64,000 nt of DNA from contig JBNKBE010000001.1 in assembly GCA_050287085.1 (NCBI GenBank), positions 192,001 through 256,000 on the forward strand, in the 5' to 3' direction. The notes under the pieces are model-generated. The model saw only the letters and a program-made list of their open reading frames with translations, ran no database searches and was not told where the DNA came from. Made by a program: the position numbers and the translations under genes. This stretch comes from Polyangiaceae bacterium. Its GTDB lineage: Bacteria > Myxococcota_A > Polyangia > Polyangiales > Polyangiaceae. Of this stretch, positions 1 to 9,478 are shown in pieces (the first letter of the stretch is position 1; each line of letters starts with the position of its first letter).

Positions 1-558
1 AAACGCGTGGGTGTAGAGCTTAGCAACGCCCAACCGATTCATGCCCGCACACGCAAGCACAACGGCGTCGACCTCACCCTGCTCACACTTCCGAATCCGA
101 GTATCGATATTCCCACGGATCGGAACATAATCCAGATCCGGTCGGAGCCGACGTAGCTGCACTATACGCCGCAGAGACGATGTTCCCACCTTGGCCCCCT
201 GCGGAAGCTCCTCAAAACGGCACCCGCTGCGCGTCTTGACCACATCGCGTGCGTCCTCCCGTTTGGGAATGCAGGCCAAGGCAAGTCCGTCCGCAAGCTC
301 AGCGGGTACGTCTTTGAGCGAATGGACGGCGCAATCCGCCTGCCCTCCCAGAATCGCTTCTTCAATCTCCTTGATGAAGAGCCCTTTGCCGCCAATCTCC
401 ATCAACGACCGGTCCACGATGCGGTCTCCGGTAGTCACGACATGAAGCTCCTCGGTCTGCACACCCGTTGCGGCCTCGAAAGACCGCATCCAGGCCCGAG
501 CCTGAGCGAGCGCCAGCGCACTCTTGCGCGTCGCCACAATTACCTTGCTGTCTACCAT
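1..558 (-). CDS. hemC: Hydroxymethylbilane synthase (porphobilinogen deaminase), 3' end truncated by window edge
   Basis: Not in the ORF track. Manual minus-strand translation from ATG 558 gives MVDSKVIVATRKSALALAQ...TTGDRIVDRSLMEIGGKGLFIKEIEEAIL...AVHSLKDVP...VGTSSLRR...IRGNIDTRI. The start overlaps the hemA stop (TAATG). Confidence 0.96.
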   Translation of the reverse strand, partial: MVDSKVIVATRKSALALAQARAWMRSFEAATGVQTEELHVVTTGDRIVDRSLMEIGGKGLFIKEIEEAILGGQADCAVHSLKDVPAELADGLALACIPKREDARDVVKTRSGCRFEELPQGAKVGTSSLRRIVQLRRLRPDLDYVPIRGNIDTRIRKCEQGEVDAVVLACAGMNRLGVAKLYTHAF

Positions 559-1937
559 TAGCTCACTTTCTGCTGTGAAGGGGGCGCCCCCGCTTCAGGC
601 TCGGTACTACCACCCGTGACCGCGCCGCGTCGTGCAGCCGGACTCGCCGTATCCGCAATGCCCGCGTCCGGTGCTAAGTCGAAGAGACTCCTGAGCAGCG
701 CCACCTGCTGATCTAGCTCCGCCTGCGCTTCGTCGTCGACAGCCAATGAGCGAAGGTGGCGAAGCGCGGGATGTAGCAGCTTGTTCATTCCCGCTTCCAA
801 CATCCGCTCCAACGCTTCGCGGTCGTCGGCGCTTAGATGCTTCAGCTTGCCTCGAAGACTGCGCTCCAGCTCCACCTTGAAGACACCAGCAAACTGACTT
901 CTCAACGCGACGATCGTGGGAGTGGCCTGCTCCGCGCTCAGCGCTCGCTCGTATGCACGGGTTTCTGACAGGATGAGTTCTTCCGCAACAGCGGCCTCAC
1001 GCTGTCTTGAACTCAGCGTCTCGGCTACAATCTGGGACAGGTCATCCACGTTGTAGAGAAATACGGAGTCAAGGTCACCAATCTCGGGGTCGATGTCCCG
1101 AGGCACCGCGAGGTCGATGAAGAAGAGGTTCCGGCCTTTGCGACGACGGCGTGCCGCGGCCACCATATCGCGGGTGATGACGTAGCCGGGAGCGCTAGTA
1201 GTAGAGACGACAACGTCGACCTCGGCCAGCGTCTCGCCTAACTCATCCAGCGAACGCGGCTGTCCCCCGAGCTCGAGCACCAACTCCTTGACGCGCTCCT
1301 GGTTGCGTCCAACGACGACCAACTCAGCCCCAGCACCCGCCAGCAACTTGGCGGCAGATTCGCCCATGGCGCCCGACCCCACGAGTGCGGCTCGGTGTCC
1401 ACGCAAGTCGCCGAAGATCTGACGTGCCAGCTCCACAGCCACACTTGGCACGCTGACCTGCCCAGCCCCCACCGTCGTTTCGCTACGCACCCGTTTGGCC
1501 GCGCGCACCGCATGCCCCATGACACGCCTGAGACGTCCTCCGATCGTCCCAGCCGCCTGAGCAAAGTCGAAGGCCTCTTTGACCTGTCCCAGAATCTGAG
1601 GTTCACCCAACACTAGCGAATCCAGCGAAGCGGCCACTCGAAATAGATGCAGCACCGCCGCCTCGCCCTCGCGGCGGTACAAATGCCCGGCGATGCCCGG
1701 CACACGCGCCGCCAGGACACGCTCGACCGCGTGTGCAACGTCACCCGTACTTTCATGCGCCTTGCCGGAAGCGATGATTTCGACGCGATTGCAGGTGGAG
1801 ACAATCATCGCCTCACCGACCTCGTCGGCGCAGACCAATTGACCGAGCACCTCAGTCAGCGACTCTCCGTTGAGAGCAGCCTGCTCCCGAACCTCGATCG
1901 GCGCCGTCTTGTGGGAAAGCCCGACAACGACAATCAT
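558..1937 (-). CDS. hemA: Glutamyl-tRNA reductase
   Basis: VGLSHKTAPIEVRE, STCNRVE (catalytic Cys), SLDSLVLGEPQILGQVK, IDLAVPRDI. ATG 1937 overlaps the upstream stop (ATGA). Confidence 0.97.
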   Translation of the reverse strand: MIVVVGLSHKTAPIEVREQAALNGESLTEVLGQLVCADEVGEAMIVSTCNRVEIIASGKAHESTGDVAHAVERVLAARVPGIAGHLYRREGEAAVLHLFRVAASLDSLVLGEPQILGQVKEAFDFAQAAGTIGGRLRRVMGHAVRAAKRVRSETTVGAGQVSVPSVAVELARQIFGDLRGHRAALVGSGAMGESAAKLLAGAGAELVVVGRNQERVKELVLELGGQPRSLDELGETLAEVDVVVSTTSAPGYVITRDMVAAARRRRKGRNLFFIDLAVPRDIDPEIGDLDSVFLYNVDDLSQIVAETLSSRQREAAVAEELILSETRAYERALSAEQATPTIVALRSQFAGVFKVELERSLRGKLKHLSADDREALERMLEAGMNKLLHPALRHLRSLAVDDEAQAELDQQVALLRSLFDLAPDAGIADTASPAARRGAVTGGSTEPEAGAPPSQQKVS

Positions 1938-2755
1938 ACGGCGCCAACCCCTACGGCGCGCGCAACGTATACGAGAACGACCAGCAGCACACACGACAGC
2001 CCCAACAGAGTCCCCATTGCGGCTCTACGTCCACGCCAGCCGGCAAGCGCGCGCAAGACCAACACCGCAGCCACCACGGCCCAAGCCAGATAGGCCAACC
2101 CGGCTCGCAGCTGCGCGCTAGCCGACATCTCGGCAACACGCGACATGAACACCATCCCCGTTACCACCCCGAAGGTGAGAAGCGGAAAGCCGGTGAGCAG
2201 CAAGCGATGCTCAGTCGTGTCGAGCAAGTCGAGGGCGGGAAAACGCCCCAGGTGCAGAGCCCGCCGCTTGTGCTTGAGCCGCCGCTCCTGAACCAAATAG
2301 AAGAGCCCCGCCGCACCGGCGAGCAAGAACAAGCCAAGACCCAGCACGTTGGCTGAGATATGCGCCATCAATAGGACCCGTGAGAGTCCGAGCTGAACGG
2401 GCGCGGTGCCAACAAAGTGAGCCCCGACCAAGAAGGTCAATGCCAACGGCGCCACGGCAACGCCCAGGGCTGCGACCCCCAGCTTCCGTCCCAAGGCCCA
2501 ATACGCCATCGCCAAGACCCAAGCGGAAAAACTCAGCGCGAAAGGCAAGGACGCGATGGGACAGGTTCCGGTGACAAAACTGGTGAGCACCAGATGCACC
2601 GAATGCAGAGCGCTGCCCGCTGCGAGTGCACGAGTGGCCCAGGTCGTCGCCGTTGCGGCGCCTGCTGGGCGCGCCAAGTCTACAAAGTAGAGCGTCGAGG
2701 CAACCGAGTAGGCCACCACCCCGAGCAAGAATGCTACGTTGGCGAAAGGCTCCAT
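1934..2755 (-). CDS. ccsA: Cytochrome c biogenesis CcsA/HemX-family membrane protein
   Basis: About 8 hydrophobic helices, HISANVLG...YLVQERRLK, LLLTGFPLLTFGVVTG, GWRGRRAA; directly upstream of hemA. Start chosen at MEPF. Confidence 0.85.
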   Translation of the reverse strand: MEPFANVAFLLGVVAYSVASTLYFVDLARPAGAATATTWATRALAAGSALHSVHLVLTSFVTGTCPIASLPFALSFSAWVLAMAYWALGRKLGVAALGVAVAPLALTFLVGAHFVGTAPVQLGLSRVLLMAHISANVLGLGLFLLAGAAGLFYLVQERRLKHKRRALHLGRFPALDLLDTTEHRLLLTGFPLLTFGVVTGMVFMSRVAEMSASAQLRAGLAYLAWAVVAAVLVLRALAGWRGRRAAMGTLLGLSCVLLVVLVYVARAVGVGAV

Positions 2756-2831
2756 GACTATCGAGCAGCGTGCTCGGAGAGCCGCGGAGCCGCAAGTCCT
2801 AAGCGCTGGATGACAGGACTTCGAGGTGGCG

Positions 2832-4211
2832 TCAGAACCCGCTCCGCGCGACCGCTCGGTCACCCGGCACGATCTCGTGGCGCGACTCCACGATCAACGC
2901 CAAAGAACTGAACGCTCTAGTCGAGATCACGCGAAGTTCGGCCACTATCTCCTCGGGAAATTCCTGCTCGTCACCGTGCAAGGGGGCTTTCTCCACCTGA
3001 AGGCGCTCCGGAACGTCCATCTTCAGCCGATAGGCCGCGTCCCGCGCCCCACCGGGAAGCGTGCGACGCCAAGCGTCTCCGCGCCGGATGACGAACAGAC
3101 GATTGCCTTCGCGCAGGCCATCCTTGCGGCCTCGGTCGATGAACACCACCTGTTGCCCTCCAAGAACCTGGTTGGGATAAATGCTCGTGAGCAGTCGGGC
3201 GGCAATATTCTTTGTCGCCGGCACCGGGGCGACGAAGCGAAAGTCGCGCTCGACGTGTCCCACTTTGGAGCCTCGCTCGATGACATCCAGGCTCTCGACG
3301 ATCTCCCCTCGAACGACACGCGTTCTCGGATTGAAGTAGTCGACCCTGAGGGACCCGAGAATACGCACGATATCGCCGGGCGGTCGCCTCGCGCCGCGCG
3401 GCGTCGGGGGCTCTCGACTGGAACGGAAGATCGTGATGACCTCGCCCGCCTTGACCGACTGCCCGGGTCTGAGCACGGCGTAAACGCCGTCCCCTTCGGC
3501 CATGATCTGTACCGGCTTCAGCGCGCCGACCAGCTCCCCAAGAACGCCCTTGTCTGGGTCATCGATGTAGGCGTGGTGACGGAGAAAGATCGTCTCGGGA
3601 TCCATGCTGGCGCGCAGCGGTCCCGACTGACCCGCACCCAGCGTGCGGGTCTCGGTGGCCTTTGCCGAGCCCGTGGACACTGCTGTTAATCGGATCTCGT
3701 CGCCCGGGTAAATCCAATGAGGATTCTGGATCTGCGGGTTGAGACTCCACAGTTTTGGCCACTCCCAGGGCTGCCCATAGAGACGCTGCGAGACGCGCGA
3801 CAGCGTATCGCCCGGACGGACCACGTAAACGCCGGTATTGCTGGTGGCGCGCTCGACCGACATGCCCACCGCATTCGGATCCCCGCGCACTACATCGCTC
3901 GCGCCGGAAGCGCCATGGTCGTTGAGATCAAAGCCGTCTCCCTGATGGATGTCACTCAGGGCGCGTGAGCTGGAGCCGAGATGCCCTTCCAGGTCGGTGC
4001 CCGGCGCGGGAAATCCGAACGGGGTGCTGGTCGTGGTTGTCGCTTGCCCCTGCGGGATCGCGCCAGCGGGCAGCGTGATCGAAACCCGCTGCCCCCCACT
4101 CCCCGGGCCCGCCCCGTCCCCGGTGCTAGACGCACCGGATGTATCGTCCTGCGCGTAAGCCGGGGCGACACCCCAAACGCACACCGCCAAAGCGAACCAA
4201 TACGTCTTCAT
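2832..4211 (-). CDS. Secreted LysM peptidoglycan-binding protein
   Basis: Signal peptide (AYA-Q); LysM motif YVVRPGDTLSRVSQRLYGQPWEWPKLWSLNPQIQNPHWIYPGD; beta-rich C-terminus with IDRGRKDGLREG. Confidence 0.9.
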   Translation of the reverse strand: MKTYWFALAVCVWGVAPAYAQDDTSGASSTGDGAGPGSGGQRVSITLPAGAIPQGQATTTTSTPFGFPAPGTDLEGHLGSSSRALSDIHQGDGFDLNDHGASGASDVVRGDPNAVGMSVERATSNTGVYVVRPGDTLSRVSQRLYGQPWEWPKLWSLNPQIQNPHWIYPGDEIRLTAVSTGSAKATETRTLGAGQSGPLRASMDPETIFLRHHAYIDDPDKGVLGELVGALKPVQIMAEGDGVYAVLRPGQSVKAGEVITIFRSSREPPTPRGARRPPGDIVRILGSLRVDYFNPRTRVVRGEIVESLDVIERGSKVGHVERDFRFVAPVPATKNIAARLLTSIYPNQVLGGQQVVFIDRGRKDGLREGNRLFVIRRGDAWRRTLPGGARDAAYRLKMDVPERLQVEKAPLHGDEQEFPEEIVAELRVISTRAFSSLALIVESRHEIVPGDRAVARSGF

Positions 4212-4627
4212 CGCGCGACCTCCGTCGAGGCTCCCGGCGGGTCGGTGGCGAGCTCAGCTCCCGTCCCAACGATGCGGATGGGGGCCTCGTCGTCCGCAGA
4301 GTCTGGAGCGAAGGCTTGGGTGGCCCGGGCTTCTGGGGCCTCCGGCGCCCCGGAGTCCGACGGAGTTAGAGTGATCACCTGAAGGTCCGGGGGGGCCTCG
4401 GGCTGAGTCGCCGGCCCCGAGGCTGAACGCGCGCGCTCCCGACGGGCGTCGGGGGTCGACTCGCGGGCCTCAAGCGCCGCCAGGCGAGCCTCAAAGCGCT
4501 CTCCCTCCGACTGCAAGATCAGAATCTTGTCTTGAAGGACCTCGATCTGTTGCTGGTAGGCAGCGCTTTGGGACGCACATCCTTGCGAGACCCAGAGCGC
4601 GAGCAAGCCGCACACCCGTCGTACCAT
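4208..4627 (-). CDS. Small coiled-coil lipoprotein, hypothetical
   Basis: MVRRVCGLLALWVSQGC lipobox-like signal, heptad segment IEVLQDKILILQSEGERFEARLAALE; stop overlaps the LysM start (ATGA). Confidence 0.65.
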   Translation of the reverse strand: MVRRVCGLLALWVSQGCASQSAAYQQQIEVLQDKILILQSEGERFEARLAALEARESTPDARRERARSASGPATQPEAPPDLQVITLTPSDSGAPEAPEARATQAFAPDSADDEAPIRIVGTGAELATDPPGASTEVAR

Positions 4628-4766
4628 GACCCAAAGCTTATGGGCCGCCCTGGGAACGGACCAGTTTATGTGAACATTTGGAGGTGAGCCACCCTCGGCA
4701 CCGCGCAAACATCGCGGCGAGCGCCCGGGCTGGACGTGGGGGCTAGGCGGTACTAACCTGCGGCTC

Positions 4767-5606
4767 GTGGGCAGAAACCGAAATCGTCGCCGTCGGATCC
4801 GAGAGCTCGATCTCAAGAAGACGCTCTTTGTGCTGCCCAACTTCGTAACGCTCTCCAGCGTTTTCTGCGGGTTCAACGCCATGCGGGTCGTTGCCACCGA
4901 CAACCCGACGACGGACGACTTCTACCGTGCGGCGATCCTGCTCACGTTCGCGATGCTCTTCGACCTGCTCGACGGGCGAATCGCCCGTCTGACGCGGACT
5001 CAGAGCGCCTTCGGGCTCCAACTCGACTCGCTTGCCGACGTCATTAGTTTTGGAGTCGCCCCCTCCCTGTTGATGTACAAGTGGATGTTATTCCGCTTGC
5101 CTGCGGGCAGCTTCATCGCCTTCGCTTTCACCGCCTGCGGTGCGATCCGCTTGGCGCGCTTCAACGTGCTCACGACGGGCGCCACGGGGGCGCCCATCAA
5201 GCCGGGGAAGTACACGATGGGACTGCCGATCCCGCCCGCAGCCGGAATCTTGATCGCCGTCTTGCTCGCGGACCACGCAGTGGGCGGGGCTCTAGGACAC
5301 GAAAAGTACGCAGTCGGTGTCGCGGCCGTAACCGTCGCGCTGAGCCTGTTTATGGTCTCCAACCTGAAGTTCCGTTCCTTCAAGGATCTGAAGTTCAACA
5401 TGGGCACCGCGATCCTCGTGTTGTTTGCGGTGGGCTCGAGCGCGCTCGTCTGGCGTTACTCCAAACCTCAGTTCGTATTGTTGTGGTTATTGTCTTTCTA
5501 CATCCTGATCGGTCTGTTCGAAACCGTGCGCTCCATCGCGCTCCGACGCGTCGACCATGCCGGAGCGCCGCACTCCTCCCGCGAGTCCGAAACACCGGTC
5601 AGCTGA
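4767..5606 (+). CDS. pssA: CDP-diacylglycerol--serine O-phosphatidyltransferase
   Basis: LPNFVTL, CDP-alcohol phosphotransferase motif DLLDGRIARLTRTQSAFGLQLDSLADVISFG, RLARFN, GLPIP. Confidence 0.93.
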   Translation: MGRNRNRRRRIRELDLKKTLFVLPNFVTLSSVFCGFNAMRVVATDNPTTDDFYRAAILLTFAMLFDLLDGRIARLTRTQSAFGLQLDSLADVISFGVAPSLLMYKWMLFRLPAGSFIAFAFTACGAIRLARFNVLTTGATGAPIKPGKYTMGLPIPPAAGILIAVLLADHAVGGALGHEKYAVGVAAVTVALSLFMVSNLKFRSFKDLKFNMGTAILVLFAVGSSALVWRYSKPQFVLLWLLSFYILIGLFETVRSIALRRVDHAGAPHSSRESETPVS

Positions 5607-6418
5607 TGGCGCCAAGCTCCGTGGGCGCGCGTGGCCCTGCAATCAATCGCGGCCGCGATCTCGGCCGGGTGTTCCGGGGGCGTCTGAACGGCGCTGGCCG
5701 CTGGGTGAGCGGGTGGCTCTTGGCGGTGGCGCTCGCGAGCTGCCAGTCTGACGACCCCACCCCCACACCCAGCGTCGATGCGCCCCTGGCCGCCCCCAGC
5801 GTCGAGCTCACAGACGAAACTCCCGGTACCCTACTCACTTGGTTGGACAGCGACGGAGAATTCCACGTCGTCGAGTCTGTATCTGAGGTGCCCGCCGAGG
5901 GACGGAGCCAAGTCCGGGTGGTCATCCCAGAGCAGCATGTGGGAACAGGCGAGAGCGTATTGGTCGCCGATCTCACAAATAAGGACGAGACGGGGCACTA
6001 TGCGCTGCGCACCATTTCGCGCAGCGCATGGAACGAGCTGGGCGCAGAGCGACGCAAGGTTCGCCTCGAGGCGAGTCTCGCTCCCTCGGCGTCGCCGACG
6101 GCGGCACTCGATGCCCCCACCGACCCGGGACTGACGGCCAAGGTCAAGGCGACCATCTACGGCGCGTCGTGGTGCAAGCCGTGCCACGATGCAGAAGCTT
6201 TGCTCAAGAAACTGGGCGTCAGCGTCGTGAAGAAGGACATCGAAGAGAGCCGAGCGGCTCAGGCGGAGATGCAGACGAAACTGCAAAAGGCGGGGCGCGG
6301 CGGTGCCTCGATCCCTGTCATCGACGTAGCTGGGGAGCTCTTTGTCGGCTTCAACGCCAACGTGTTGAAGCAAGCGGTGCGACGCGCCGCCAACAAGCTC
6401 TCCGCTCACTCGCCCTAG
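5606..6418 (+). CDS. Glutaredoxin-domain lipoprotein
   Basis: ATG overlaps the pssA stop (TGATG); lipobox LALASC; C-terminal IYGASWCKPC...SIPVIDVAGELFVGF glutaredoxin/NrdH-like fold. Confidence 0.8.
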   Translation: MAPSSVGARGPAINRGRDLGRVFRGRLNGAGRWVSGWLLAVALASCQSDDPTPTPSVDAPLAAPSVELTDETPGTLLTWLDSDGEFHVVESVSEVPAEGRSQVRVVIPEQHVGTGESVLVADLTNKDETGHYALRTISRSAWNELGAERRKVRLEASLAPSASPTAALDAPTDPGLTAKVKATIYGASWCKPCHDAEALLKKLGVSVVKKDIEESRAAQAEMQTKLQKAGRGGASIPVIDVAGELFVGFNANVLKQAVRRAANKLSAHSP

Positions 6419-6420
6419 GG

Positions 6421-6503
6421 GAGCGCTGCGCTGCCCCAGAGCGCTGCGCTGCCCCAGAGCGCTGCGCTGCCCCAGAGCGCTGCGCTGCCCCAGAGCGCTG
6501 CGC
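6421..6503. repeat. 18-bp tandem repeat GAGCGCTGCGCTGCCCCA, 4 perfect copies plus a partial fifth
   Basis: Read directly: units start at 6421, 6439, 6457, 6475, with a partial unit at 6493-6503. No spacers. Confidence 0.95.
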
Positions 6504-7216
6504 GTCGGTTCCGTCTAGTCTGCGAGTTCATCCGACTCAGGAATACTGAAGCGCACGCCGCTCCTAGGCCCGGCGTCTTGGCCTCCCGACGCCGTGGCTT
6601 CGCCCTCTGCTTCACTCTGAACGATAGTGTGCTGAGACGCGGAAGCCCGGGCCGCGTCCCGCCGCTGTCGCAGACGCCAAAGAAACAATTGTCGCTCAAC
6701 CAACTGAGAAACTGCGGACATCAACACCTCCGTGTAGAGCACGGCCGAGAGCAAGCCACTGAAATAGAGAACACCGATAGGCAACTCGCCGAGGTCCTCC
6801 CGATTTCAGCCGCTCTCAGGCAGAAATGGTCGAGAAGACGACACACTGAATCGCAGCGCCAACACGATGCGTTGATGCCGCGCCGAAACCATAGTGCAGA
6901 GGACCACCACACTGTTTAGTCGCAGCCGACAGCCGCAACCTCGTTAGGGAGTCACAATGTACCCGTGCCCGGCAGGTCCGCCAGGGACTTTAAGCCCGCT
7001 CCCAAAGAAAGCGCCCATAGCCCTTCGGTGGATAGAATATTCCACGGCCCAGGGGCTCGTCTGCGTCGGACTAGGCGTTAGAGAACAAAAGTTGTAACGC
7101 CGCAACACGGGAAGAGACGGAAGGCTCGCGAGGCGCTGCGAAAGCTCTACTTGGGACACAGTCTGGGGCGCACTGGCCATACGATGCCAACACCTCGACC
7201 CAGCGAATCCTTCAGC

Positions 7217-7744
7217 TCAGCGCTCGACCGGAAACTTCGCCAGCTTGTACTGCAGCGTTCGACGATGGATGCCAAGGACTCTTGCTGCTTTTGAGATGTT
7301 GCCACCGCATTGCACGATGACTCGCTCAATGTGTTCACGCTCCAGTCGTGCCAAGCTGGGTGTCTCGAAGGCGAGCTTCGTTTCATCGGGCGCGCCGCCT
7401 CCCTCGAGAGCGTCCAGAATCTGGTCTGCGTGACACGGCTTGACCAAGTAGTGGACCGCGCCGAGGCGCATCGCCTCGACGGCCGTTGCGATACTGCCAT
7501 AGCCGGTGAGTACGACAACGCGAGGTGCCGTGGCGGTGGCGCACAAGGAGCGGACCAATTGCAAGCCGTCCGCGCCCGGCATTCGCAGATCGGTCACCAC
7601 GCCCCACGGCGCACTCTCGCTTGCCAACAGAAGAGCGGTGCTAGCGTCCTCAGCTCCATAGGCTTCAAATCCGCGGTCAACAAACGCCCGCACCAATCGG
7701 CTTCTGAAGCGCTCGTCATCGTCGACGACCAGCAATCGCTTCAT
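7217..7744 (-). CDS. regA: RegA/PrrA/ActR-family response regulator
   Basis: REC domain (LLVVDDD, TDLRMP, VLTGYGSIATAVEAMRLGAVHYLVKP) plus Fis-type HTH (EHIERV...GNISKAARVLGIHRRTLQYKL). Confidence 0.88.
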   Translation of the reverse strand: MKRLLVVDDDERFRSRLVRAFVDRGFEAYGAEDASTALLLASESAPWGVVTDLRMPGADGLQLVRSLCATATAPRVVVLTGYGSIATAVEAMRLGAVHYLVKPCHADQILDALEGGGAPDETKLAFETPSLARLEREHIERVIVQCGGNISKAARVLGIHRRTLQYKLAKFPVER

Positions 7745-9180
7745 GACGACTCCTCCTCCGACGTGCGCGCGAACGACAGCCCCCCCGAGGCCTGGATAGA
7801 CAGTGGACTCGACGAAGCGCAAGGCAACACCAACTTTGCCGTCAAGCCCCGCCCCGGGGTGCTCTCCAACTCCAGCCGTCCTCCGGCGCTGACAGCAAAT
7901 GAGTGTACGAGGAAAAGTCCGAGACCCATGCCGTCTCCGGGCGCTTTGGACGTAAAGAACGGCTCCCTAGCTCGTTTCATCGCTGTCGCTGACATCCCGG
8001 GACCGTCGTCTGCCACAGAAAGCATCACCACGTCCCGCGCCTGGAGAACGGAAAGCTGCACCCGACAGTCATCGCCGCCCGCCTGTTCGGCGTTGTTTAT
8101 GAGACGGGTCAAGGCTGTGCGCAACTGTTCACTTACCACCAGCACCCAAGCCGGCGCCTCGGGAGTTTGTAGGGTAATACTTGCGCGCCTCGCTGGCGCC
8201 CAATGAGCCACGAGCGAACTAGCCAGCGCACCCGCGTCAACAAGAACGGCAGCGCCGAGCTGCGCCTCAAATTCCGGTCCCATCCCGTCCAGGATCGCTT
8301 GACAACGCACCACCTGCTCTCGAATTAGCTCGAAGTCTTCGCGTGCGCTCGCTCGACCGGAGCTCTGACACTCGAGTTCGTGCAGCGCGAGCAAGATCGT
8401 CGAGAGCGGTGTGCGAAGCTCATGGGCCGCCCCTGCAGACAGCGTAACGAGGCTGGCCATATGCGCTGTGCGCAAGGTCTGTTCCCGAAGCGCGGCAATC
8501 TGCTCCCGCTGCTGCTGCAAGTGATGCGATATTTGATGCGTGAAGTACGCAACAGCGAAAGCCACCACCAGGAAGGCCACCCACATGCCACTGAGATGGG
8601 CGGAAAACGACTGGTGCCCCAGCGCGTGCCCAGCGTGATGGGCCGCCTGCGTACCTTCACTTCGCACCCCATATAGCAGAGCAAAGCCGCCCGCGCTGGC
8701 GGCGGTAACCCATGTCGTGCCCCTCGCTGGAAGCACCAAGGCGGACAGCACAATCTGTGCAATGTAGACAATACTGAAAGGATTCTCTATGCCACCCGCC
8801 GCCAGCAGCACCCCCGTCAAGAGCGCCGTGTCCAAGAGCAGCACCGCAAAGGCGAGCTGCTCTGCGGTCTCGAAAGTGCGCTTGGCGGAGGCTCGACCTT
8901 CTGTAGGCACGGGCGCCCCGGTCGCGACGAGTCGGCGTCGACTCCGCTCCAACCAGACGTTCGACAATGCCATCGCCAGCAGCAACGCCCCACTCGTGAG
9001 ATGGTCCACCGCAAGGCTCTGAGTCCGCTGCACGAACCAAAGCGCTCCTACTAACACGAAGAGCGCAAGCCAACGAAAGCGCACCAGCCAGGGGAGCGAA
9101 GCGGCCCCGGCCATGTCGGAGGCCAACAAGGACGTCTCCGTGTCAGGGTTCGGCGAAGGGATCGCGGAATCGAGGGTCAT
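7741..9180 (-). CDS. regB: RegB/PrrB-family redox sensor histidine kinase
   Basis: Multi-TM N-terminus with GGIENPF (GGxxNPF), H-box AAHELRTPL, redox-box-like QVVRCQAIL, and N/G boxes (DDGPGM, GMGLGL). Confidence 0.88.
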   Translation of the reverse strand: MTLDSAIPSPNPDTETSLLASDMAGAASLPWLVRFRWLALFVLVGALWFVQRTQSLAVDHLTSGALLLAMALSNVWLERSRRRLVATGAPVPTEGRASAKRTFETAEQLAFAVLLLDTALLTGVLLAAGGIENPFSIVYIAQIVLSALVLPARGTTWVTAASAGGFALLYGVRSEGTQAAHHAGHALGHQSFSAHLSGMWVAFLVVAFAVAYFTHQISHHLQQQREQIAALREQTLRTAHMASLVTLSAGAAHELRTPLSTILLALHELECQSSGRASAREDFELIREQVVRCQAILDGMGPEFEAQLGAAVLVDAGALASSLVAHWAPARRASITLQTPEAPAWVLVVSEQLRTALTRLINNAEQAGGDDCRVQLSVLQARDVVMLSVADDGPGMSATAMKRAREPFFTSKAPGDGMGLGLFLVHSFAVSAGGRLELESTPGRGLTAKLVLPCASSSPLSIQASGGLSFARTSEEESS

Positions 9181-9478
9181 AGATAAACTGTCGGTCGGTC
9201 AAAGAGTACACTACCGCCCCCCGGTCAAGCTCAGCGCCCCCAGGAACAACGCTCGACAATCCCGGAACGACCAAGCTCGACAGGCACGCGCCCACCAAAA
9301 CACTATACAACTCATCGAATAAGCTCTCACCGACCCATTTGGGCAGCCGCGTAGACATGAACGCGCAAGACACCGCACCGGACGGCGGGGCCACCTAGCA
9401 GCCAACAGGCCCCGGTGTTATCAGGAACACGACAACGGCCCAATCGGGTGTTTTTTCGCACCTACGGTGCCCTTGGCC

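Noticed and set aside
5081..5605. N-terminal extension of the 445-aa ORF overlapping pssA
   Set aside because: Arg-rich off-frame read-through of pssA; the real start is most likely ATG 5606, coupled to the pssA stop.
6421..6503. Possible CRISPR array
   Set aside because: The units are contiguous 18-mers with no spacers, and there are no cas genes.
7310..8206. 298-aa plus-strand ORF
   Set aside because: Antisense to regA/regB with no coherent domain.
9181..9478. Small ORFs and an imperfect GGAAC...GCTCGACA direct repeat upstream of regB
   Set aside because: The ORFs lack motifs or an RBS; two imperfect copies are too weak to call an operator without comparative data.
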